In this document: piece after piece, positions 26,189 through 32,000 of the stretch
Layout of the letters: each line of letters starts with the position of its first letter
Position numbering within the stretch: the stretch's first letter is position 1
Assembly: GCF_051307035.1 (NCBI RefSeq)
Contig: NZ_CP195536.1
Location: 1,200,001 to 1,232,000, forward strand
Reading direction: 5' to 3'
Source of the DNA: Psychrobacter sp. DM4
GTDB lineage: Bacteria; Pseudomonadota; Gammaproteobacteria; Pseudomonadales; Moraxellaceae
Length of the DNA stretch: 32,000 nucleotides
The notes under the pieces: model-generated
Database searches by the model: none
The model's input: the letters and a program-made list of their open reading frames with translations, nothing else
What the model was told of the DNA's origin: nothing
Translations under genes and position numbers: made by a program

Positions 26189-27547
26189 ATGAGTTACTTT
26201 GGTACAGATGGCATTCGAGGCAAATTTGGCCAACTTCCTATCACCCCAGATTTTATTATGAAATTGGGCTATGTGACGGGCCGTGTTTTGGTTGAGAGCA
26301 ATACTAATTCTGCGCGTAGACCTAGCGTCATTATTGGTAAAGACACACGGCTTTCAGGCTACGTCATTGAAGGGGCGTTACAAGCAGGATTCAATGCAGC
26401 GGGCGTCGATGTGCATATGTTAGGGCCTCTGCCCACGCCAGGTATTGCTCATTTGACGCGCAGCTTTAACGCGGCAGCGGGCGTTGTGATTTCAGCTTCA
26501 CATAACCCCTATTACGATAATGGTATCAAACTGTTCTCAGCTGATGGCAAGAAGCTATCCGATGAGGTGCAAGACGCCATTAACCACAAAATGAAAGCCA
26601 TCATGGAAGCAAAAGATGAGGGGATGCCTATTCATGATCCGGCGCAACTGGGCAAAACTACCCGTATTAACGATGCCAAAGGTCGCTACATCGAATTTTG
26701 TAAAGGTAGCTTCCCTTATCAGTATGATCTCAGTGATATGACCATTGTAGTCGATTGCGCTAATGGTGCCGGCTATAGCGTCGCGCCTCGGGTACTACGC
26801 GAGCTTGGCGCCAATGTTATCGCTATGCATAACAACCCTGATGGTATGAATATCAATGCAGACTGCGGCTCGACCCATCCTGAAGGGTTACAGCAAGCGG
26901 TCTTAGACCATAACGCTGATGTTGGTATAGCGCTCGACGGTGATGGCGATCGCATCGTCATGGTCGATGATCAAGGCAAACTGGTAGATGGTGACGGTAT
27001 TATTTATGTGCTGGCCACTCAAGCGCAAAACAAAGCCAACGGAGTAGCAGGCACGCTGATGAGCAACATGGGGCTAGAGCTGGCTCTAAAGGAGCATAGC
27101 ATTGCGTTTAGCCGTGCTAAAGTGGGCGATCGTTACGTGATGCAAGACTTAGAGGCCAATGGCTGGATACTGGGCGGCGAGCCTTCAGGCCATATCCTAT
27201 GTTTAGATAAAAGCCGTACCGGAGACGCTATCATTGCAGGTTTGCAAATCTTAGCAGTAATGAAAGAGCAAAATAAAGCATTGAGCGAGCTGACTGACGG
27301 CTTTAAATCACTCCCACAAAAACTAGTCAATGTGCGTCTGTCTGATATGAAAGATCCTTTTGCCTATGATGAGTTGGTTGTTGCATTTGACAAGGCTCGT
27401 GCAACCCTACAAGGCCGCGGCCGCTTACTCATTCGTCAATCGGGCACAGAGCCTATGATCCGAGTCATGGTGGAATCTGATGACGAGATAGAATGTGACG
27501 TTATGGCTAACGATTTGGCAGATCAAATCAAAGCAGTATTGGATTAG
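26189..27547 (+). CDS. glmM: Phosphoglucosamine mutase
   Basis: [14 protein letters not shown], the active-site [13 protein letters not shown] and the DGDGDR metal-binding loop are present. Confidence 0.96.
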   Translation: MSYFGTDGIRGKFGQLPITPDFIMKLGYVTGRVLVESNTNSARRPSVIIGKDTRLSGYVIEGALQAGFNAAGVDVHMLGPLPTPGIAHLTRSFNAAAGVVISASHNPYYDNGIKLFSADGKKLSDEVQDAINHKMKAIMEAKDEGMPIHDPAQLGKTTRINDAKGRYIEFCKGSFPYQYDLSDMTIVVDCANGAGYSVAPRVLRELGANVIAMHNNPDGMNINADCGSTHPEGLQQAVLDHNADVGIALDGDGDRIVMVDDQGKLVDGDGIIYVLATQAQNKANGVAGTLMSNMGLELALKEHSIAFSRAKVGDRYVMQDLEANGWILGGEPSGHILCLDKSRTGDAIIAGLQILAVMKEQNKALSELTDGFKSLPQKLVNVRLSDMKDPFAYDELVVAFDKARATLQGRGRLLIRQSGTEPMIRVMVESDDEIECDVMANDLADQIKAVLD

Positions 27548-27563
27548 CAAATAGAGGATAACT

Positions 27564-28214
27564 ATGAGCATGGATTTCACTGATAAACGTCTGTCTTATG
27601 ACAAAGGCGAGCTGGATCAAAACAATATACCAGTATCGCCGTTTGAGCTGTTAAAGACATGGATGAATCAAGCGCTGGAGCAAAAGGTAAAAGAGCCTTA
27701 TGCGATGAGCCTAGCCACTTGCGGCGCTAATATGAAACCTAGCGTGCGTATTGTACTGCTGCGTGAGATTACTGACACTGGTATTGTGTTCTATACCAAC
27801 TATGAGAGCGCTAAGGGTCAGGATATCGATGAAAACCCAAATGCTGAGGCTCTATTCTTTTGGAATGAGCTTGAGCGTCAAGTTCGCGTTAGTGGTTCTA
27901 TCGCTAAGATTGAGGCTGAAAAATCCTCAGCTTACTTCCAAAAGCGCCCGCACGATAGTCAAGTTGGTGCTTGGGTCAGTGAGCCACAAAGCGCAGAGGT
28001 AAGCAGTCGTGATGTAATGGAGGCGCGCTTTGAGGCATTAAAGACAAAATACCCAGAAAACGCACAAGTGCCAACGCCAGAGTTTTGGGGTGGTTATGAG
28101 ATTACCATAGAGACGATAGAGTTCTGGCAGGGCCGCGCTAATCGTATGCACGATCGAGTAGTCTATACTCAAATCGATGATACAAGCTGGAGCACCAAAC
28201 GCTTATTGCCCTAA
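27564..28214 (+). CDS. pdxH: Pyridoxamine 5'-phosphate oxidase
   Basis: RIVLLREI...FYTNYESAKG, ALFFWNELERQVRVSG and EFWQGRANRMHDR are typical of PdxH. A GAGGA RBS is present. Confidence 0.95.
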   Translation: MSMDFTDKRLSYDKGELDQNNIPVSPFELLKTWMNQALEQKVKEPYAMSLATCGANMKPSVRIVLLREITDTGIVFYTNYESAKGQDIDENPNAEALFFWNELERQVRVSGSIAKIEAEKSSAYFQKRPHDSQVGAWVSEPQSAEVSSRDVMEARFEALKTKYPENAQVPTPEFWGGYEITIETIEFWQGRANRMHDRVVYTQIDDTSWSTKRLLP

Positions 28215-28250
28215 ATAATGGTGGTTTTTAGCCATTGATTTCAAGGTTTT

Positions 28251-28287
28251 AAAATAAAAAAAGCAGCTCATTATGAGCTGCTTTTTG
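28251..28287. terminator. Bidirectional rho-independent terminator between the convergent pdxH and GST genes
   Basis: AGCAGCTCA-tta-TGAGCTGCT forms a 9-bp stem, flanked by an A-run upstream and a T-run downstream. Confidence 0.85.
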
Positions 28288-28328
28288 TTCTAATAATGAC
28301 AATCGATAGATCAATGAGATCATGACTA

Positions 28329-28958
28329 TCAGTTTGACTCATCATAGTTAGCTTCTAAACGCATCGTACGCTGATAGCTATCCAAACTCGCTAATTGCAT
28401 AGCGTATTCTTTGATATGTGGATAGTCATCTAATGCCTCGTTTTTAGCCAACATAATCAAATCAAACGATAGCATAAAGTCAGCACCGCTCAGCTTATTG
28501 CCAACGATAAACGATTTACCTTTAACCTCGTCGTTGAGATATCCAAGTAGCTTGTTTTTCTCCGCTCCGATATAGCCGTTCAGAAACTCATTATCAGTGA
28601 TACCTGCCTTTACGGTAAACAACTCAAGCAACAAAGGCACCATCAATGAGCTTTCGGCAAAATTAATCCACTCCAAATAGCGACCATAAGCGGCACTATC
28701 TGGCGCAGGACGCAAGCGCTCAGGTGCGAATCGCTCAATTAACAACTCAGTGATCGCACCAGATTCTGTTACTATTTCACCATCGATCTCAATAACAGGC
28801 GACTTGCCCAAAGGGTGCACAGCTTTCAAGCTACTAGGTGCCAAATTGGTCTTAGCATTGCGCTGATAACTAATCACCTCGTAAGGCTCGCCAAGCTCTT
28901 CTAATAGCCATAATGTGCGTAGAGAGCGTGAACGATTAAGATGATGCAAACGAATCAT
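28329..28958 (-). CDS. Glutathione S-transferase family protein
   Basis: It has a thioredoxin-like GST N-domain pattern (SRSLRTLWLLEELGEPYEV, PLGKSPVIE, ESGAI) and a helical C-domain. Confidence 0.85.
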   Translation of the reverse strand: MIRLHHLNRSRSLRTLWLLEELGEPYEVISYQRNAKTNLAPSSLKAVHPLGKSPVIEIDGEIVTESGAITELLIERFAPERLRPAPDSAAYGRYLEWINFAESSLMVPLLLELFTVKAGITDNEFLNGYIGAEKNKLLGYLNDEVKGKSFIVGNKLSGADFMLSFDLIMLAKNEALDDYPHIKEYAMQLASLDSYQRTMRLEANYDESN

Positions 28959-29004
28959 AGTGTTACCCTTTTAATAAATATAGAAACTAACTTTTGAGCA
29001 AAGA

Positions 29005-29682
29005 TTAGCCGTTAAGTTTGGCTATCAAGCGCTTAGCAGCTTCTTCTGATGACGCTGGGTTCTGACCGGTGATGAGTAGACCGTCTTCAACGACGAATGA
29101 TTCCCAATCAGCTGCTTTTTCGTAGTTGCCGCCATTGGCTTTTAGGGCGTCTTCTACTAAAAACGGCACGACATCAGTAAGGCCAACCGCGTCTTCTTCA
29201 GTATTAGTAAAGCCTGTGACAGTTTTACCTTTTACTAAGTATTCGCCATCGACTTTGACATTTTTGAGTGCAGCAGGCGAGTGACAAACAAAGGCAACAG
29301 GTTTGTCTTGCTTGACAAAGGTTTCAATCAAATTGATAGAATTTTGGTCAACAGCTAAATCCCACAATGGACCATGACCACCAGGATAGAATACAGAATC
29401 AAAGTCATCGGCTTTTACATCAGCAAGTTTTTTGGTAGTAGCTAGATGCTTTTGCGCATCACTGTCTTCTTTAAAGCGTGTAGTATCTTTGGTTTGGTTG
29501 TCTGGGGTATCACTACCAGGATCCAGTGGTGGCTGACCACCAGCAGGCGAGGCTAGGGTAACATTTGCGCCTGCATCCAAAAATGCATAGTAAGGGGCTG
29601 CAAACTCTTCTAACCAAAAGCCTGTTTTTTTGCCCGTATCGCCAAGCTTATCGTGTGAGGTGAGTACCATTAAAATATTCAT
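29005..29682 (-). CDS. DJ-1/PfpI family (type 1 glutamine amidotransferase-like) protein
   Basis: MNILMVLTSHDKLGDTGKKTGFWLEEFAAPY is present, with the nucleophile-elbow Cys in AFVCHSPAAL. The 225-aa length fits. Confidence 0.85.
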   Translation of the reverse strand: MNILMVLTSHDKLGDTGKKTGFWLEEFAAPYYAFLDAGANVTLASPAGGQPPLDPGSDTPDNQTKDTTRFKEDSDAQKHLATTKKLADVKADDFDSVFYPGGHGPLWDLAVDQNSINLIETFVKQDKPVAFVCHSPAALKNVKVDGEYLVKGKTVTGFTNTEEDAVGLTDVVPFLVEDALKANGGNYEKAADWESFVVEDGLLITGQNPASSEEAAKRLIAKLNG

Positions 29683-29764
29683 AATTATCCTTAGTTTGTT
29701 TACGGTTTGATTAAGTGCTATTTAAAGTAACACTTTTTTGCTTGATTCACTTACTTTGATTGAG

Positions 29765-30814
29765 CTACTTAACGTCTGACACTTTGACTACTGTTTTGCC
29801 AAAGTTATCACCATTTAGCATTTTAACAAAGGCGTCTGGTGCTTGTTCTAAGCCTTCAGCGAGGTGTTCTTTGGTCTTTACCTCATCTGATTCAACCCAT
29901 TTGCTCATGGTTTTGAGGAACTCTGGGAAGTGATCGCCATACTCTTCAAAGATGATAAAGCCTTTGATCGTGAGACGACGGCTCAGAACATTTCCCATCA
30001 ACACACCCAAACGATCTTTACCATCAGGTAGCTCAGTTGCGTTGTATTGTGAGACAAGCCCACATACTGGAATGCGAGCATGGGCATTTAATAATGGCAT
30101 GACCGCGTCAAACACTTTGCCACCAACGTTTTCATAATAGATATCGATACCCTTTGGGCAAGCTGCTTCTAACTGTTCGGCAAAATCATCGGCTTTATGA
30201 TCGATACAGATATCAAAACCTAATTCGTTAACAGCAAAGTCGCATTTTTCCTTGCCGCCTGCGATACCAACAGTGCGTGCGCCATACAGCTTACCTACTT
30301 GGCCAACGGTTGCACCAACGGGACCGGTTGCGGCGGCAACGACTAGTGTCTCACCAGACTGAGGTTTACCGATATCTGTCAGACCCATATAACCTGTGAA
30401 CCCTGGCATACCGAGCACACCTAAACCATAAGAAGGGTTAGGCATGTCCTTGTCAAGCTTGAGCACACCTTCACCATCGCTGACGCTATAATCCTGCCAG
30501 CCGGAATTGGCTACCACCAAATCCCCAACGGCAAAGTTATCAAGGTTAGACTCAACGACCTGAGCGACCGTACCACCCATGATCACATCACCAACATCTA
30601 AAGGGTCAGCGTAGCTTTTGGCATCGCTCATACGCCCGCGCATATATGGATCTAACGATAAATAAACAGTACGTAGCAGCATCTCATTGTCATTAGGCGT
30701 TGGTATATCGCTAGTGGCCATGTCGAAGTTTTCAGCCTTAGGTTCACCCGCTGGGCGACTGGCTAATTTAATCTGACGATTTGTCTTATCATTTTGTTGT
30801 TTATCAAAGCTCAT
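29765..30814 (-). CDS. NADP-dependent oxidoreductase, MDR family (CurA/YncB / alkenal-enone reductase-like)
   Basis: LLRTVYLSLDPYMRGRM and the nucleotide-binding AAATGPVGATVGQ motif are characteristic of this MDR subfamily. An AAGGAG RBS is present. Confidence 0.88.
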   Translation of the reverse strand: MSFDKQQNDKTNRQIKLASRPAGEPKAENFDMATSDIPTPNDNEMLLRTVYLSLDPYMRGRMSDAKSYADPLDVGDVIMGGTVAQVVESNLDNFAVGDLVVANSGWQDYSVSDGEGVLKLDKDMPNPSYGLGVLGMPGFTGYMGLTDIGKPQSGETLVVAAATGPVGATVGQVGKLYGARTVGIAGGKEKCDFAVNELGFDICIDHKADDFAEQLEAACPKGIDIYYENVGGKVFDAVMPLLNAHARIPVCGLVSQYNATELPDGKDRLGVLMGNVLSRRLTIKGFIIFEEYGDHFPEFLKTMSKWVESDEVKTKEHLAEGLEQAPDAFVKMLNGDNFGKTVVKVSDVK

Positions 30815-30824
30815 TTTGATACTC

Positions 30825-30863
30825 CTTATTTTAATTATTTATTCTAATTGTTTATTCTAATTG
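30825..30863. repeat. 13-bp tandem repeat (TTTATTCTAATTG x2 perfect, plus one 10/13 copy) in the leader of the oxidoreductase gene
   Basis: Read directly: 30838-30850 and 30851-30863 are identical, and 30825-30837 is degenerate. The array lies immediately upstream of the AAGGAG RBS on the minus strand. Confidence 0.9.
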
Positions 30864-31059
30864 TTAGGGCGTGTCCTCATTTTGAAGATAGTGACAAAAT
30901 TTAGCCGTTCTTAACCCATTTAGGTATTGTCGTTCAGCTTGAGGAGCCGCACTAGTTCTAAGGTTTTGTAATTAGCAGCCACTCAACGCACGTCGCAACT
31001 GCTAATCATAACGGCTACTATAAAAGATACTCACGTATAGAATCAGCTCATTACTTTTA

Positions 31060-31094
31060 GTAGCTTATTAGCAATTGGTAGCTTATTAGCAATT
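31060..31094. repeat. Tandem duplication of GTAGCTTATTAGCAATT (17 nt, 18-bp period), abutting and overlapping the Fe-ADH stop codon
   Basis: 31060-31076 and 31078-31094 are identical. Confidence 0.9.
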
Positions 31095-32000
31095 AAGCAG
31101 CACTTGTTAGAGCACGTTCCAAAATACGGCGCGATACTTCTAAGTCGTTAGTACTATGCTCGCCCAGCTTCACCATGTTATGAGCCTCTAACTGCTTGAT
31201 AATAGGGTCAATCGCTGACTCATCAAGTTCAGCATCTGCTAAGCTGACAGGTAGGTCGAGGCTTCGAAAGAAATGTTCAGTCTTAGCAATCGCCGTTTCA
31301 ATGACGCTATCATCATCTTGAGTAGTATCGTTGAGACTCCAAACATTACGTGCATACTGAAGCAACTTGTCTTTTTTGCTGTCTTTGAGCTCACGCAGTA
31401 CTGATGGCAGTACGATAGTTAGCGTACGAGCATGGTCAATACTGTGCAACGACGTCAGCTCATGACCTATCATATGCGTTGTCCAATCTTGAGGCACGCC
31501 AGTACCGATAAGACCATTTAGCGCCATAGTTGCTGTCCACATAATATTTTTGCGGGTTTCCATATTGTCAGAATCCGCTTTAACCGCTGCGCCTTCTTCA
31601 ATAAGAATCTTAAGTAAGCTCTCAGCAAAAGCGTCTTGCACTTTGGCGTTGACTGGATATGTAAGATACTGTTCCATCACGTGGACAAAGGCATCAGCAA
31701 CACCATTCATGACCTGACGTTCAGGCAAGGTTAGCGTCTTGGTTGGATCTAAGATTGAGAACTTAGGAAAAGCGAGCGGGTTGCCAAAGGGTAGTTTCGC
31801 ATGACGTTCACTATGATTAACGACGCCGCCCGAATTCATCTCTGAACCTGTCGCTGGAATCGTTAATACCGCGCCCAAATCAACCGCAGAGTCGAGATCT
31901 CGACAGTAGCTGGTGAGCGCATCCCATGCTTGCTCACGTGAGACGGTGCCATCTTCTTCAATCAGTGAAGAGACCAGTGCAACGAACTTACTGCCGTCAA
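31093..32000 (-). CDS. Iron-containing alcohol dehydrogenase (YqhD / butanol dehydrogenase-like), 5'-truncated by the window edge
   Basis: LTIPATGSEMN, FSILDPTKTLTLPERQ and DAFVHVMEQYLTYP are Fe-ADH motifs. My translation of 31879-32000 stays open in frame (...DGSKFVALVSSLIEEDGTVSREQAWDALTSYCRDLDSAVD-LGAVLT). The track start at 31878 is therefore an internal TTG and not the true start. Confidence 0.9.
   Translation of the reverse strand, partial: DGSKFVALVSSLIEEDGTVSREQAWDALTSYCRDLDSAVDLGAVLTIPATGSEMNSGGVVNHSERHAKLPFGNPLAFPKFSILDPTKTLTLPERQVMNGVADAFVHVMEQYLTYPVNAKVQDAFAESLLKILIEEGAAVKADSDNMETRKNIMWTATMALNGLIGTGVPQDWTTHMIGHELTSLHSIDHARTLTIVLPSVLRELKDSKKDKLLQYARNVWSLNDTTQDDDSVIETAIAKTEHFFRSLDLPVSLADAELDESAIDPIIKQLEAHNMVKLGEHSTNDLEVSRRILERALTSAA

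Noticed and set aside
26024-26233. 69-aa ORF on the minus strand between guaB and glmM, plus 26773-26961, 27133-27330, 27751-28002 and 29952-30137
   Set aside because: The first spans the guaB terminator and the glmM start. The others are internal shadow ORFs of glmM, pdxH and the oxidoreductase.
31876-31878. Annotated start of the Fe-ADH ORF
   Set aside because: The codon is an internal TTG. The frame remains open to nt 32000, and the upstream translation continues the Fe-ADH fold, so the gene is truncated by the window and does not start here.

Overview
The window appears to come from the chromosome of a moderately AT-rich gammaproteobacterium. The protein sequences suggest Moraxellaceae or Psychrobacter, but this is an unverified impression. 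It splits into two parts. (A) Positions 1-9468 are the tRNA-proximal part of an integrative genomic island inserted at the 3' end of a tRNA(CAU) gene. Reading away from the tRNA, it carries: a P4-type integrase; a very AT-rich orphan gene; AlpA; a DUF3987-type primase/helicase-like gene split by a single in-frame TAA; a strong terminator; a 414-bp ORF-free gap; an IS1-family element with no target-site duplication; a 7 x 9-bp tandem array; and a protein of at least 1021 aa with a tyrosine-recombinase catalytic core embedded mid-protein. The island runs off the left edge, so its distal att site and any further cargo are not visible. Several short repeat or palindrome sets lie in its intergenic regions and look regulatory or origin-like. 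(B) Positions 9469-32000 are ordinary housekeeping genes: SDR/pteridine reductase-like, cca, maeB, selO, a fatty-acid desaturase, GDPD, a lipoprotein, PduO-type adenosyltransferase, cysS, an MscS-family channel, guaB, glmM, pdxH, and then a co-directional GST / DJ-1 / enone-reductase / Fe-ADH run. Most of these are followed by clear rho-independent terminators. The best candidates for something undescribed are the giant recombinase-like protein, the adjacent 9-bp array whose motif recurs inside the helicase gene, and the AT-rich orphan. None can be assigned a function from sequence alone. No CRISPR array, rRNA or recognisable riboswitch was seen.
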